Shown: piece by piece, positions 22,252-33,247 of the stretch | Position numbering within the stretch: position 1 is the stretch's first letter | Layout: each line of letters starts with the position of its first letter | Assembly: GCA_964551545.1 (NCBI GenBank) | Contig: CAZKCT010000006.1 | Span: 1-61,499, forward strand | Length of the DNA stretch: 61,499 bases | From: an uncultured Piscirickettsiaceae bacterium | Lineage (GTDB): Bacteria > Pseudomonadota > Gammaproteobacteria > GCF-002020875 | Direction of reading: 5' to 3' | Made by a program: the position numbers and the translations under genes | The notes under the pieces: model-generated | The model's database searches: none | Told to the model about the DNA's origin: nothing | The model's input: only the letters and a program-made list of their open reading frames with translations

Positions 22252-23709
22252 ATGAAATTTGATACTGCAGAACTGATTGCTGTTGCTCCTGAGCTAACAC
22301 TGCTGACACTGGCTTGTGCCGTGTTATTGGCGGATCTCTTCATTAAAGAGGAGAGCCGAATGATTACAGGTCTGCTGACCATCGGCTCGTTGCTGGCCAC
22401 TGCAGCGGTGGTGGCAGCTGGAATGGGGGGAGAGGCGCAGTTGCTCTTTAGTGGATCGATTGTCCGTGATCCAATGGGAGACGTACTGAAAATCGCAATG
22501 CTGCTGATTACGGTGATGGTCTTCCTCTATTCCGGGGAGTATCAGAAGTCGAGAGATCTCTATCGCGGAGAGTACTTCGTGCTGGGATTGTTTGGTGTGC
22601 TGGGCATGATGGTCTTGGTCTCCGCTCACTCTTTCTTGACGCTCTATCTGGGGCTGGAGCTGATGTCGCTGTCGATGTATGCGATGGTGGCTCTGCAGCG
22701 GGATGAGGCGCGTGCCTCTGAGGCGGCGATGAAATACTTTGTGCTGGGTGCGCTGGCCTCTGGAATGCTGCTTTATGGTATCTCCATGCTCTATGGGGCG
22801 ACCGGCACACTCAATATCGGTGAAGTGGCAAAAGCCATCCAACTGCAGAGTGGGAATGCCGATCTCAACCTGGTGTTGATCTTCGGACTGGTCTTTGTGG
22901 TCTCTGGGATCGCCTTCAAACTCGGTGCGGTGCCGTTCCATATGTGGGTGCCCGATGTTTACCATGGCGCACCAACCTCAGTGACCACCTATATCGCCAG
23001 TGCTCCCAAGATTGCGGCCTTTGCGATGGTGATGCGACTGCTGGTCGATGGTCTGGAGGGGATGGTTGTCGATTGGCAGCAGATGCTGATCATTTTGGCG
23101 CTGCTCTCCATGGGGTTGGGGAACGTGATTGCGATTGCGCAGACTAACCTTAAACGCATGTTGGCTTATTCGGGGATCTCTCATATTGGTTTCCTGTTGT
23201 TGGGGATTCTCAGTGGAACAGAGGCAGGGTATGAGTCGGCGATGTTCTATGCGATCACCTATGCGCTGACATCGGCAGGTGGTTTCGGCATGATTCTATT
23301 GATGAGTCGCCAGGGCTTTGAGGCGGAAGAGCTTTCCGACTATCAGGGGCTGGCTAAGCGCAACCCCTGGTATGCCCTGATGATGTTGATCCTGATGTTT
23401 TCGATGGCGGGTGTTCCGCCAACGGTCGGCTTCTATGCGAAGCTTTCTGTATTGCAGCAGGTGGTCAATGTTGAGCTGGTCTGGCTGGCGGTGGCTGCGG
23501 TCTTCTTCTCCATTATTGGCGCCTTCTACTATCTGCGTGTGATCAAGATGATCTACTTCGATGTGCCAGAAGGAGAGGGGAACTATATTGATACTTGCGA
23601 CATCAGCCCTGCTGGAATTACCCTCTCAGTGAATGCACTTTTGGTGCTGGCTCTTGGGCTTTTCCCCGGCGCATTGATGGTTGTCTGCCAGACTGCCATT
23701 GCGGGCTAA
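22252..23709 (+). CDS. nuoN: NADH-quinone oxidoreductase subunit N
   Basis: Antiporter-like subunit with the FKLGAVPFHMWVPDVYHGAPT motif. It is the last gene of the operon. Confidence 0.95.
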   Translation: MKFDTAELIAVAPELTLLTLACAVLLADLFIKEESRMITGLLTIGSLLATAAVVAAGMGGEAQLLFSGSIVRDPMGDVLKIAMLLITVMVFLYSGEYQKSRDLYRGEYFVLGLFGVLGMMVLVSAHSFLTLYLGLELMSLSMYAMVALQRDEARASEAAMKYFVLGALASGMLLYGISMLYGATGTLNIGEVAKAIQLQSGNADLNLVLIFGLVFVVSGIAFKLGAVPFHMWVPDVYHGAPTSVTTYIASAPKIAAFAMVMRLLVDGLEGMVVDWQQMLIILALLSMGLGNVIAIAQTNLKRMLAYSGISHIGFLLLGILSGTEAGYESAMFYAITYALTSAGGFGMILLMSRQGFEAEELSDYQGLAKRNPWYALMMLILMFSMAGVPPTVGFYAKLSVLQQVVNVELVWLAVAAVFFSIIGAFYYLRVIKMIYFDVPEGEGNYIDTCDISPAGITLSVNALLVLALGLFPGALMVVCQTAIAG

Positions 23710-23726
23710 TAAAGCAGAAAACAGGG

Positions 23727-23755
23727 TTGCAAAGATAGAGACTGCTCTGTAGTAT
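23727..23755 (+). promoter_or_regulatory. Candidate sigma-70 promoter for the initiator tRNA gene
   Basis: TTGCAA (23727-23732), a 17-nt spacer, then TAGTAT (23750-23755). It ends 14 nt upstream of the tRNA 5' end. Confidence 0.5.
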
Positions 23756-23769
23756 ACGCACCTCATTGA

Positions 23770-23846
<77 letters not shown>

Positions 23847-23857
23847 ATTCACAAAAA

Positions 23858-23890
23858 GGCCGATCTTTTTGATGAGATCGGCCTTTTTTT
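23858..23890 (+). terminator. Rho-independent terminator after metY
   Basis: 9-bp stem ggccgatct / agatcggcc with an 8-nt loop, followed by seven Ts. Confidence 0.8.
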
Positions 23891-23932
23891 GTTTGTAATG
23901 TTTAGGTTTGAGTGGCGCGATTGGAATAGGTA

Positions 23933-24391
23933 GTGGCAACAGTTCAAGACAAGTTGTACGAAATCATCACCCCTGTGGTTGAAGGGTTGAGCTATGAGCT
24001 GGTAGGGATTGAATATCTTCCTCAGGGGAAGCACTCTCTGCTTCGTATCTATATTGACCAAGAGAGCGGTATTACTCTGGACGACTGCGAGCAGGTCAGC
24101 CATCAGGTCAGTGCACTGTTGGATGTTGAAGACCCAGTTTCAAGCCACTATAACCTGGAGGTCTCTTCTCCAGGGGTCGATCGCCCACTGTTTTTTGAAG
24201 AGCACTATGTCCGCTTTTCTGGTAATCCCGTTTTTGTGCGGATGTCTATTCCAGTGGATGGGCGTCGTAAATTTGAGGGTACGCTCAAGGGCGTTGAGGC
24301 AGGGGATGTGTTGCTAGAGATCGACGATGAGCTATTCCGGCTGCCATTATCACAAGTTGATAAGGCGCACTTGGTTCCCGTATTTGATTGA
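23933..24391 (+). CDS. rimP: Ribosome maturation factor RimP
   Basis: GTG start. The 152-aa product opens with a RimP-like segment (LYEIITPVVEGLSYELVGIEY). Position between metY and nusA supports the call. Confidence 0.9.
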   Translation: MATVQDKLYEIITPVVEGLSYELVGIEYLPQGKHSLLRIYIDQESGITLDDCEQVSHQVSALLDVEDPVSSHYNLEVSSPGVDRPLFFEEHYVRFSGNPVFVRMSIPVDGRRKFEGTLKGVEAGDVLLEIDDELFRLPLSQVDKAHLVPVFD

Positions 24392-24438
24392 TTTTGATGT
24401 TATTAGTCTGAGAAACAGAGTTGATAGAGAGTAGAGGA

Positions 24439-25965
24439 ATGAACAAAGAGATTCTTCAGGTTGTAGAGGTAGTATCCAACGAGAAGGATGTGGATCGCGA
24501 TGTGATCTTCGAAGCGCTGGAGTCGGCATTGGCGATGGCGACAAAAAAGCGCTACAAAGAAGAGGTTGGTATTCGAGTTGCGATCGACCGCCAGACGGGT
24601 GAGTACGATACCTTTCAGACTTGGGAAGTACTGGATGGCGATGAGCCTGGAATCGAGATGGAATACCCCGATGCCCAGCTCTGGATGATCGACGCCGTTG
24701 AGATTAATCCTGAGATCAAGCCAGGAGAGTTCATTGAGGAGCCAGTCGACTCGGTCGCATTTGGCCGAATTGCTGCACAAGCCGCGAAGCAGGTGATCTT
24801 TCAGAAAATTCGTGAGGCAGAGCGCGCTAAAGTGGCTGCCGAATATGAAGACAAGGTGGGTGAGTTGCTGGGTGGCATCGTTAAGCGTGTGGATCGAGGC
24901 AATGTCATTATCGACCTGGGTGGAAATGCAGAGGCGGTTATCCCCAAAAATCAGCAGATTCCTCGAGACCCTATTCGCCCGGGAGATCGCGTGCGTGGCT
25001 ATCTGATGGAGATTCAGACCGAAGTGCGTGGTCCTCAGTTGATGATGAGCCGTATTGCGCCAGAGACCCTGGTCGAACTCTTCAAGCTGGAAGTTCCTGA
25101 GATTAGTGATGGTTTGATTGAGCTGAAAGGTGCAGCCCGTGACCCGGGTTCTCGCGCCAAGATTGCAGTGCTTAGTCTGGATCGTCGTGTAGATCCAGTC
25201 GGTGCCTGCGTCGGTATTCGTGGCTCTCGTGTACAGGCAGTCTCTAATGAGCTGGCTGGAGAGCGTGTCGATATTGTCCCTTGGGATGAGAATCCTGCGC
25301 AGTTTGTGATTAACGCCATGTCTCCCGCTGATGTGGTCTCCATTGTCGTGGATGAGGACAAACACTCCATGGATATCGCTGTGGAAGAGGAGCAACTCTC
25401 CCAGGCGATTGGCCGTGGTGGACAGAATATTCGACTGGCCAGTGAGCTGTCCGGTTGGAACCTCAACGTGATGAGCGAAGAGGAGTTTGACGAAAAATCT
25501 GAGGCAGAGGCTGTTGAAATCCAGAAGAAATTCATGGATCAGCTTGATGTTGATGAAGATGTTGCAGCCATCCTGATTCAGGAAGGGTTCAGTAATGTCG
25601 ATGAGGTCGCCTATGTTGATGAGACCGAAATGCTGGCGATTGAAGAGTTTGATGAAGAGATCGTTGCTGAGTTGCGTAACCGTGCTCGTGATTATCTGTT
25701 GACTCGTGCGATTGCCAATGAAGAGGTATTAGAGAGTGGCGAGCCTGCCCAGGATCTATTGGATCTGGAGGGAATGGATGAGACGCTGGCGCACCGCCTT
25801 GCAGCAGCAGGTGTAATCACCAGTGAGGATCTCGCAGAGCAGGCCGTTGATGAGTTGATGGAAATTGATGGCTTGGGCATCGATGAAGAGCGTGCCTCGA
25901 CGCTGATCATGAAAGCGAGAGAGCCGTGGTTTGCTGAAGAAGAACAGGCTGCCGAGCAGGCATAG
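24439..25965 (+). CDS. nusA: Transcription termination/antitermination factor NusA
   Basis: N-terminus MNKEILQVVEVVSNEK..IFEALESALAMATKK. S1 and KH domains are present, and the C-terminal region has acidic repeats. I prefer the ATG at 24439 over the TTG at 24421. Confidence 0.96.
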   Translation: MNKEILQVVEVVSNEKDVDRDVIFEALESALAMATKKRYKEEVGIRVAIDRQTGEYDTFQTWEVLDGDEPGIEMEYPDAQLWMIDAVEINPEIKPGEFIEEPVDSVAFGRIAAQAAKQVIFQKIREAERAKVAAEYEDKVGELLGGIVKRVDRGNVIIDLGGNAEAVIPKNQQIPRDPIRPGDRVRGYLMEIQTEVRGPQLMMSRIAPETLVELFKLEVPEISDGLIELKGAARDPGSRAKIAVLSLDRRVDPVGACVGIRGSRVQAVSNELAGERVDIVPWDENPAQFVINAMSPADVVSIVVDEDKHSMDIAVEEEQLSQAIGRGGQNIRLASELSGWNLNVMSEEEFDEKSEAEAVEIQKKFMDQLDVDEDVAAILIQEGFSNVDEVAYVDETEMLAIEEFDEEIVAELRNRARDYLLTRAIANEEVLESGEPAQDLLDLEGMDETLAHRLAAAGVITSEDLAEQAVDELMEIDGLGIDEERASTLIMKAREPWFAEEEQAAEQA

Positions 25966-25986
25966 CAGTAGCAAGGAGAGCACACC

Positions 25987-28515
25987 ATGTCAAAGGTTAC
26001 CATCGCCCAATTTGCCGAAGTGGTCGGCACCCCTGCAGATCGACTGCTAGAACAGCTTGCCAGTGCGGGCGTTGATAAGCAGGCGATTACAGATGAGATC
26101 TCCGAAGAGGAGAAGATGAAGCTGCTGGGCTTCCTGCGCCAATCGCATGGTGAGGGAAAATCCAGTGGTGGAAAGAAAAAAGTAACCCTCAAACGCAAAT
26201 CTACTTCTACATTGAAAGTAGGTGGTGGTGCGCGGGCTGCCGGTAAGAGTGTCAACGTTGAGGTCCGTAGAAAACGAGCCGTCGTTAAGCCGGTTGACCA
26301 GGCTGCCACTGAAGAGCAGCGCAAGTTGGCGGAAGATCAGCTTCGCAAAGAGCGAGAGAGTCGTGATGAAGAAGATCGTCAGCGCGTACAACAGGATGAG
26401 GAGCGCCGTCAGCATCAGTTAAAGATGCGTGAAGAGGAGGAGCGTACCCGTATTGAGGCTGAACGTCGCCAGAAGGAAGAGGCGGATCGCAAGGCGAGAG
26501 AGGAAGAGGAGCAGCGCATCCTCAAAGAGCAGGCGCGTCAGGTTGCTGAAAAAGCGGCGACCAAAAAGCGTGAAGAGGAGAAAACCTCAGAGGACCGTCG
26601 TGGCCGCAAGAAGGGCGCGAAGCCGGAGACTCGATACGGCCGCAAAGAGCTGCATGTCGCTGGAGGCATGGCGGGGCGCAGAAAGCCGAAGAAATCAAGA
26701 AAAGGTGGGCGTGGTCCCAAGATTGAGACGGAACACGGTTTCACCAAGCCAACAGCGCCTGTTGTTGTTGAGGTGCAAGTTCCAGAGACCATCACCATTG
26801 GTGACTTGGCGCAGAAGATGTCGGTTAAAGCTGCAGAGCTGATCAAGGTGATGATGAACCTTGGCACCATGGCGACCATCAACCAGATGATCGACCAAGA
26901 GACCGCTGCACTGCTGGTTGAAGAGATGGGCCATAAAGCGGTTCTGATGAAGGAGAACGCGATCGAAGAAGAGCTGATGGCGACCGAAGAGATTGAGGGT
27001 GAAGGAGAGTCCAGATCCCCAGTTGTTACCATCATGGGTCATGTCGACCATGGCAAGACCTCTCTGCTCGATTACATCCGCGAGTCACAGGTGACCAAGG
27101 GTGAGGCTGGTGGAATTACACAGCATATCGGTGCTTACCGAGTCTCTACCGAAAAAGGCGATATCGCCTTCTTGGATACTCCAGGACATGCCGCCTTTAC
27201 GGCCATGCGTGCGCGTGGTGCACAGGTGACGGATATTGTAATTTTGGTGGTGGCCGCAGATGACGGTGTCATGCCACAGACTGAAGAGGCGATTCAGCAC
27301 GCCAAGGCTGCAAAGGTCCCACTCATCGTTGCAGTGAACAAGATTGATAAGCCAGAGGCCGACCCTGATCGGGTGAAGAACGAGCTGGCGGCTAAAGAGG
27401 TTGTCCCCGATGACTGGGGTGGCGATGTGATGTTTGTCAATGTCTCTGCCCATACCGGTGAAGGGGTGAGTGATCTGCTCGACTCGGTACTGTTGCAGGC
27501 AGAGGTTCTGGAGTTGACTGCGGTTTCCGATGCCCCTGCCAAGGGTAATGTGGTGGAGTCTCGCGTCGACAAGGGGCGCGGTGCCGTTGCAACGGTGATG
27601 GTACAGAGCGGAACCCTGCGTAAAGGCGATATTCTGCTGGCAGGCCGTGAGTATGGTCGTGTCCGTGCAATGATTAATGAACATGGCGACCAACTCAGTG
27701 AAGCTGGCCCCTCGACACCTGTTGAGATTTTGGGTCTCTCTGGTGTGCCAGAGGCGGGTGAAGAGGCATTTGTGGTCCCTAACGAGCGAAAAGCGCGTGA
27801 GGTGGCCAACTTCCGCCAAGGGAAGTATCGTGATGTTCGTCTGGCGCAGCAGAAGCAGGCAAGCCTCGACCGCATGTTTGAGAACATGAAGGATGGTGAG
27901 GTTCATACTGTCAATATTCTGGTCAAGGCGGATGTACATGGCTCTGCCGAGGCATTGGCTGATGCGTTGCTGAAACTGGCGACAGAAGAGGTGAAGGTGA
28001 ATGTCGTCTCTTCAGGGGTTGGTGGCATCAACGAATCGGATGCCAATCTGGCTATCGCCTCCAATGCGATTGTGATCGGCTTCAATGTTCGTGCAGATGC
28101 CTCTGCCAAGAAGCTGATTGAGTCGGAAGGGATCGACCTTCACTACTACAGTGTGATCTATGATGCGATTGATGAGATCAAGCGCGCGATGGAAGGGATG
28201 CTGGCGCCAGAGTTCAAGGAAGAGATCATCGGCCTTGCCGAGGTGCGTGACGTCTTTCGTTCACCTAAGCTTGGTGCCATTGCCGGCTGTATGGTGTCAG
28301 AGGGTGTGGTCAAGCGGAACAACCCAATTCGCGTACTGCGTGACAACGTTGTGATCTATGAGGGTGAGCTGGAGTCACTGCGTCGTTTCAAGGATGACGT
28401 GAATGAGGTCCGCGCCGGAACCGAGTGTGGTATCGGTGTGAAGAACTACAACGACGTGCGCGAGGGTGATCAGATTGAGGTCTTCGAGCGGGTCGAGGTT
28501 GCCAGAACGCTGTAA
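25987..28515 (+). CDS. infB: Translation initiation factor IF-2
   Basis: The N-terminal region is charged (E/R/K-rich). GTPase motifs are [14 protein letters not shown] and NKID. Confidence 0.97.
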   Translation: MSKVTIAQFAEVVGTPADRLLEQLASAGVDKQAITDEISEEEKMKLLGFLRQSHGEGKSSGGKKKVTLKRKSTSTLKVGGGARAAGKSVNVEVRRKRAVVKPVDQAATEEQRKLAEDQLRKERESRDEEDRQRVQQDEERRQHQLKMREEEERTRIEAERRQKEEADRKAREEEEQRILKEQARQVAEKAATKKREEEKTSEDRRGRKKGAKPETRYGRKELHVAGGMAGRRKPKKSRKGGRGPKIETEHGFTKPTAPVVVEVQVPETITIGDLAQKMSVKAAELIKVMMNLGTMATINQMIDQETAALLVEEMGHKAVLMKENAIEEELMATEEIEGEGESRSPVVTIMGHVDHGKTSLLDYIRESQVTKGEAGGITQHIGAYRVSTEKGDIAFLDTPGHAAFTAMRARGAQVTDIVILVVAADDGVMPQTEEAIQHAKAAKVPLIVAVNKIDKPEADPDRVKNELAAKEVVPDDWGGDVMFVNVSAHTGEGVSDLLDSVLLQAEVLELTAVSDAPAKGNVVESRVDKGRGAVATVMVQSGTLRKGDILLAGREYGRVRAMINEHGDQLSEAGPSTPVEILGLSGVPEAGEEAFVVPNERKAREVANFRQGKYRDVRLAQQKQASLDRMFENMKDGEVHTVNILVKADVHGSAEALADALLKLATEEVKVNVVSSGVGGINESDANLAIASNAIVIGFNVRADASAKKLIESEGIDLHYYSVIYDAIDEIKRAMEGMLAPEFKEEIIGLAEVRDVFRSPKLGAIAGCMVSEGVVKRNNPIRVLRDNVVIYEGELESLRRFKDDVNEVRAGTECGIGVKNYNDVREGDQIEVFERVEVARTL

Positions 28516-28521
28516 CCCACC

Positions 28522-28899
28522 ATGGCTGATAATGGGCGTTCCCGTAGAGTCGGGGAGCAGATTAAGCGCGGCATCGGTGAGCTGATTCAACGCGAACTTC
28601 GTGACCCACGTCTGCAGTGGGTGACGGTGACGGCTGTGCAGGTAACACCAGATTTCTCTCACGCTACCATCTACTTCACTATTTTGGGTGATAGCACCCC
28701 AGTGAATGAGGCGCTGCAGGGATTGGAGCGCTCATCCGGATTTCTGCGAACCAAGTTGGGTAAGCAGCTCAAAATGCGTATTGTGCCGCAACTCCATTTC
28801 AAACATGATGAATCGATCGAACGCGGAAGCTATATGGAGACGCTGATCGATGAGGTGGTCGCGGAAGACCATTCTCATCATGTTGACGACGAAGAGTAA
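28522..28899 (+). CDS. rbfA: Ribosome-binding factor A
   Basis: Motif RVGEQIKRGIGELIQRELRDPR. Operon position supports the call. Confidence 0.92.
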   Translation: MADNGRSRRVGEQIKRGIGELIQRELRDPRLQWVTVTAVQVTPDFSHATIYFTILGDSTPVNEALQGLERSSGFLRTKLGKQLKMRIVPQLHFKHDESIERGSYMETLIDEVVAEDHSHHVDDEE

Positions 28900-28913
28900 T
28901 CATCAGAACAGAT

Positions 28914-29831
28914 ATGGGAAGAAGAAAGAAAGGGCGTAATATCTCCGGGATTCTGCTGCTCGATAAGCCGGCCGGAATTACCTCCAATGGTGCGCTGCAG
29001 CGCGTGAAGTCTCTCTTTTTTGCACAGAAGGCGGGACACACAGGAAGTCTTGACCCGATTGCGACTGGAATCCTGCCAGTCTGTCTGGGAGAGGCGACCA
29101 AATTCTCTGGCTTCCTGTTGAATGCAGACAAAAGCTATCTTGCAGAGTGCCAGTTGGGTGTTGTGACTCGCTCTGGAGATATTGAGGGCGAAGTGGTGAG
29201 TGAGCGCCCGGTTGAGGGGATTACAGAAGAGAAGATCACGGCTGCACTGCCGCAGTTTGAAGGGGACATTGAGCAGATTCCCCCGATGCACTCCGCCATT
29301 AAAGTGAATGGACAGCCACTCTATAAGCTGGCGCACCAAGGTATTGAGGTGGAGCGAGAGCCTCGTGAAGTAACCATCTATGATCTCGAATTTGTGAGCT
29401 ACGATGCAGACCAAGAGAAGGTGGTGATTCGTGTGCACTGCTCCAAAGGGACTTATGTACGGACCTTGGTCGAGGATATTGGTGAGGTGCTGGGTTGTGG
29501 CGCACATGTGACGGCGTTGCGTCGTATCACTCTGGGCCCTTATCAGGAGCAGGACCTCTTCACTCTGGATCAGCTTGAGCAGATGTATGAGGTGGATAAG
29601 TTCTCAATGGATCAGCATCTGCTCACCCTGGATAGTGCGGTAGAAGAGTACGAGTCGGTCACACTGGATGCGGATAGTAGTTACTACGTGCGTCAGGGGC
29701 AGCCGGTTCAGATCTCGGGTGCGCCGGATGAGGGGTGGGTGCGGATCTATAACGAAAAAAGTGAATTTCTTGGTGTGGGCGAGATCGATCAGGATGGTCG
29801 AGTGGCTCCGCGAAGATTGGTTGCATCGTAA
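28914..29831 (+). CDS. truB: tRNA pseudouridine-55 synthase
   Basis: Motifs GILLLDKPAGITSN and AGHTGSLDPIATGILPV, which includes the catalytic Asp. Confidence 0.95.
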   Translation: MGRRKKGRNISGILLLDKPAGITSNGALQRVKSLFFAQKAGHTGSLDPIATGILPVCLGEATKFSGFLLNADKSYLAECQLGVVTRSGDIEGEVVSERPVEGITEEKITAALPQFEGDIEQIPPMHSAIKVNGQPLYKLAHQGIEVEREPREVTIYDLEFVSYDADQEKVVIRVHCSKGTYVRTLVEDIGEVLGCGAHVTALRRITLGPYQEQDLFTLDQLEQMYEVDKFSMDQHLLTLDSAVEEYESVTLDADSSYYVRQGQPVQISGAPDEGWVRIYNEKSEFLGVGEIDQDGRVAPRRLVAS

Positions 29832-30005
29832 CGGTCTGAATCCGTTATAATGCGCCGCTGTGGCAGGGCTTCATCCTAAAGAGGCTCTGGTGCATTGAGC
29901 TGACGTCAATGTCGGCCACCTGGTTGTGGATTGAAAATCTTTTCAATTTACTGATTTATTTAATGATTACGTCGCGATTGAGGCGGCGATTTAGGAGAAA
30001 GAGAA

Positions 30006-30275
30006 ATGTCTGTAACTGCAGAGCAGAAGAACGAAATCGTAAAGAAACACCAGCGTAGTGAGGGAGATACCGGATCCCCTGAGGTTCAGATTGCAATCCT
30101 CACTGCCCGTATCCAGGACTTGACTGGTCACTTCAAAGAGCACAATAAAGACCACCACTCTCGTCAGGGCCTGTTGAAGATGGTAAACCAGCGCCGCAAA
30201 CTGCTGGATTACCTCAAGCGCAAAGATGCCAGCCGCTATACATCACTGATTGCTGAGCTCGGTCTGCGCCGCTAA
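30006..30275 (+). CDS. rpsO: 30S ribosomal protein S15
   Basis: 89-aa product with [31 protein letters not shown]. Confidence 0.97.
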   Translation: MSVTAEQKNEIVKKHQRSEGDTGSPEVQIAILTARIQDLTGHFKEHNKDHHSRQGLLKMVNQRRKLLDYLKRKDASRYTSLIAELGLRR

Positions 30276-30299
30276 TTTAATCTATTTTTATCATCGATC

Positions 30300-30327
30300 C
30301 CGTTGCGGGGGATAGCTCCTGCAACGG
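30300..30327 (+). promoter_or_regulatory. Stem-loop in the rpsO-pnp intergenic region (attenuator / RNase III-type processing hairpin candidate)
   Basis: 7-bp stem ccgttgc / gcaacgg around a 14-nt loop. It lies 22 nt upstream of the pnp GTG. In E. coli the equivalent intergenic hairpin controls pnp expression. Confidence 0.45.
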
Positions 30328-30348
30328 CTACTGTCAGGAAGAGAAAAC

Positions 30349-32433
30349 GTGAAACCATATATCAAGAGTTTCGAGTACGGGAATCAGACGGTCACTTTGG
30401 AGACTGGTGAGGTTGCCCGTCAGGCATCAGGTGCAGTCAAAGTCAGCATGGGCGATACCGTTCTGCTGGTTACTGTGGTTGCAGAGAAAGAGGCTCGGGA
30501 GGGGCGCGATTTCTTCCCGTTGACAGTCAACTATCAGGAGAAGTTTTACGCAGCAGGCATTATCCCTGGTGGCTTCTTCCGTCGTGAAGGTCGCCCGACT
30601 GAGAAAGAGACGCTGACTTCTCGCCTGATCGATCGCCCAATTCGCCCACTGTTCCCTAAGGGGTTCATGAACGAAGTGCAGGTGATCGCGACTGTGATCT
30701 CTTCTGATAAAGATACCGACACTGAAATTCCTGCAATGATCGGCACCTCTGCCGCACTGGCGATCTCTGGTATCCCGTTCCAGGGTCCTATCGGTGCAGC
30801 TCGTGTCGGTTACCGCGATGGCGAGTACATCCTCAACCCTGCGTTGAGCGACAAAGAGGATTCGGATCTGGAGCTGAGTGTTGCCGGTACCTCTGATGCG
30901 GTACTGATGGTTGAGTCTCAGGCCAACGTCCTCTCTGAAGAGGTGATGCTGGGTGCGGTACTGTTCGGCCACGAGCAGCTGCAGGCGGTGATCAATGCGA
31001 TCAACGAGATGGTTGCCGATCTGGGTGTTGAGCAGTGGGCATGGGAGCCGGTCGCGGAAGATACTGCATTGACTGGGGCTGTGGCTCAGGCTGCTGGTGA
31101 CCAGATTACCGAGGTCTACCAAATCTCTGACAAGATGGCCCGTTATGGTCGTATGGACGAAGTACGTGCAGCGATCGTTGATGAGCTGGTGACGGAAGAG
31201 GGTGAGTGGGACAAGGACACGGTTAAGGCTGCAATCAGCAAGCTCGAGAAGAAAACAGTACGTGGTCGTATCATCGCGGGCGAGCCTCGTATCGATGGTC
31301 GTGATAGCAAGACGGTTCGTCCAATCTACGTCAAGACGGGCGTTCTACCTCGTGCACACGGTTCTGCGCTGTTTACTCGTGGTGAGACGCAGGCGCTGGT
31401 TGTGACTACCTTGGGTACCGAGCGTGATGCACAGATCATTGATGCGCTGGAAGGCAGCTTCAAGGATCCGTTCATGCTGCAGTACAACTTCCCGCCATTC
31501 TCTGTTGGTGAGACGGGCCGTGTTGGTAGCCCGGGTCGCCGTGAAGTGGGTCACGGTAAGTTGGCGAAGCGTGGTGTTCAGGCAGTGGTTCCTGGTATGG
31601 ACGAATTCCCATACACCATGCGCGTCGTTTCCGAGATCACAGAGTCAAATGGTTCCAGCTCCATGGCTTCGGTCTGCGGTAGCTCACTCTCGATGATGGA
31701 TGCAGGTGTACCACTGAAGGCGCCCGTTGCCGGTATCGCGATGGGTCTGGTGAAAGAGGAAGATGGTTTCGCTGTACTGACCGATATCCTCGGTGATGAG
31801 GATCACCTTGGTGATATGGACTTTAAGGTGGCTGGTACTGAGGCTGGTATCACTGCGCTGCAGATGGATATCAAGATCACCGGTATCACCCGTGAGATCA
31901 TGGAAATCGCTCTGGATCAGGCGCGTGATGCGCGTCTTCACATCCTGGATGAGATGAACACAGCGATCAGCACAGCGCGTGACGAGGTCTCTGAGTTTGC
32001 ACCACGTTATGTCACCATGAAGATCGATCCGGACAAGATCCGTGATGTGATCGGTAAGGGCGGTGTAGTGATTCGTTCCATTCAGGAAGAGACTGGCGTC
32101 AAGATCGACCTCGATGATGATGGTAACGTCAAGATTGCCGCCACGGATGGTGAAGCAGCCAATGAGGCGAAGCGCCGCATTGATGACATCGTTGCTGATG
32201 TTGAGGTCAACAAGATCTACGAAGGCAAGGTCGTCAAGCTGATGGACTTTGGTGCTTTCGTCAATATTCTGCCTGGAAAGGATGGGCTGGTTCATATCTC
32301 TCAGATCTCTGAAGAGCGTGTCGAGAAGGTAAGCGACAAGCTGAGTGAGGGAGACGTGATCAAGGTGAAGGTACTGGAGGTTGATCGTCAGGGCCGTATT
32401 CGTCTCAGCATGAAGGCGGTGAATGAAGGCTGA
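30349..32433 (+). CDS. pnp: Polyribonucleotide nucleotidyltransferase (PNPase)
   Basis: GTG start. Two RNase PH domains are followed by KH and S1 domains ([28 protein letters not shown]). Confidence 0.97.
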   Translation: MKPYIKSFEYGNQTVTLETGEVARQASGAVKVSMGDTVLLVTVVAEKEAREGRDFFPLTVNYQEKFYAAGIIPGGFFRREGRPTEKETLTSRLIDRPIRPLFPKGFMNEVQVIATVISSDKDTDTEIPAMIGTSAALAISGIPFQGPIGAARVGYRDGEYILNPALSDKEDSDLELSVAGTSDAVLMVESQANVLSEEVMLGAVLFGHEQLQAVINAINEMVADLGVEQWAWEPVAEDTALTGAVAQAAGDQITEVYQISDKMARYGRMDEVRAAIVDELVTEEGEWDKDTVKAAISKLEKKTVRGRIIAGEPRIDGRDSKTVRPIYVKTGVLPRAHGSALFTRGETQALVVTTLGTERDAQIIDALEGSFKDPFMLQYNFPPFSVGETGRVGSPGRREVGHGKLAKRGVQAVVPGMDEFPYTMRVVSEITESNGSSSMASVCGSSLSMMDAGVPLKAPVAGIAMGLVKEEDGFAVLTDILGDEDHLGDMDFKVAGTEAGITALQMDIKITGITREIMEIALDQARDARLHILDEMNTAISTARDEVSEFAPRYVTMKIDPDKIRDVIGKGGVVIRSIQEETGVKIDLDDDGNVKIAATDGEAANEAKRRIDDIVADVEVNKIYEGKVVKLMDFGAFVNILPGKDGLVHISQISEERVEKVSDKLSEGDVIKVKVLEVDRQGRIRLSMKAVNEG

Positions 32434-32460
32434 TTGAGATTAGTCTGATCAATAGAAAAA

Positions 32461-32484
32461 GGGGCCTCCGTGGCCCCTTTTTTC
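32461..32484 (+). terminator. Rho-independent terminator after pnp
   Basis: Hairpin ggggcc-tccgt-ggcccc followed by seven Ts. An A-run upstream could make it bidirectional. Confidence 0.8.
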
Positions 32485-32500
32485 TTGTAGAATTTTGTCC

Positions 32501-33247
32501 ATGAAAATCCTGCTGAGTAATGATGATGGTGTCCACGCGCCAGGGCTGCAAACCCTGAGGGATCGAATGGCGCAGATTGCTGAGGTGGTTGTGGTGGCGC
32601 CAGATCGTAATCGCAGTGGGGCCAGCAACTCGCTGACACTGGAGCATCCGCTTCACCTTTTTAGTCATCAGAATGGTGACTACTCTGTGGATGGCACTCC
32701 AACCGACTGTGTGCATCTGGCGATTACTGGTCTGTTGCAGGAAGATCCCGATCTAGTGATTTCCGGAATTAATGCTGGGGCCAATATGGCGGATGATGTG
32801 CTCTATTCGGGGACTGTTGCTGCAGCCATGGAGGGGCGATTCCTTGGGTTGCCAGCCATTGCGGTCTCTCTGGTCTGCAGAGATCAGCACTGTAACCACT
32901 TTGAGAGCGGTGCAATCGCGGTAGAGAAGATCTTGCAGCGTCTGGAGGCGCACCCGCTGGTACGAGATACAATTCTCAATATCAATGTCCCCGATCTGCC
33001 ATGGGATGAGATCAAGGGATTCAAGGTCACCCGGCTGGGTCGACGACACCGCTCCGAGCCAGTGGTCAAGATGCGAGATCCACGCGGCAAAGAGGTCTAC
33101 TGGGTGGGCGCAGCAGGTAAGGCAGAGGATGGTGAAGAGGGGACTGACTTTCATGCTGTGGAGCATGGTTGGATCTCTGTGACCCCAATTCATACCGATC
33201 TCACTCAGCATGATTCTCTGGGTGAGATGGAGCAGTGGCTCTCATGA
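32501..33247 (+). CDS. surE: 5'/3'-nucleotidase SurE
   Basis: N-terminus MKILLSNDDGVHAPGL. surE-pcm-nlpD-rpoS synteny supports the call. Confidence 0.95.
   Translation: MKILLSNDDGVHAPGLQTLRDRMAQIAEVVVVAPDRNRSGASNSLTLEHPLHLFSHQNGDYSVDGTPTDCVHLAITGLLQEDPDLVISGINAGANMADDVLYSGTVAAAMEGRFLGLPAIAVSLVCRDQHCNHFESGAIAVEKILQRLEAHPLVRDTILNINVPDLPWDEIKGFKVTRLGRRHRSEPVVKMRDPRGKEVYWVGAAGKAEDGEEGTDFHAVEHGWISVTPIHTDLTQHDSLGEMEQWLS

Noticed and set aside
24403-25395. Long antisense ORFs opposite well-identified genes. Examples are 24403-25395 (330 aa, opposite nusA), 27085-27939 (opposite infB), 11787-12506 (opposite nuoD/E), 7143-7847 (opposite glmM), 34543-35265 (opposite nlpD), 48496-49203 and 49492-50157 (opposite recJ), 22324-22965 (opposite nuoN), and 30427-31122 and 31684-32295 (opposite pnp).
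   Set aside because: Each lies entirely inside a gene with unmistakable family motifs on the other strand. Their products are rich in R/H/L/S/P with no recognisable motif. Open antisense frames like these are expected in GC-rich coding DNA.
26047-27051. Alternative-frame ORFs and an apparent repeat in the 5' third of infB, including the Arg/Lys-rich 137-aa ORF at 26429-26842.
   Set aside because: The low-complexity E/R/K-rich N-terminal region of IF-2 keeps all frames open. It is a compositional bias, not a DNA tandem repeat or a separate gene.
29821-29851. TTGCAT ... TATAAT pair downstream of truB as the rpsO promoter.
   Set aside because: The spacer is 19 nt, which is too long for a standard sigma-70 promoter. 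I leave it uncalled. Other weak -10-like hexamers lie nearer to rpsO in an AT-rich stretch (about 29930-29975).
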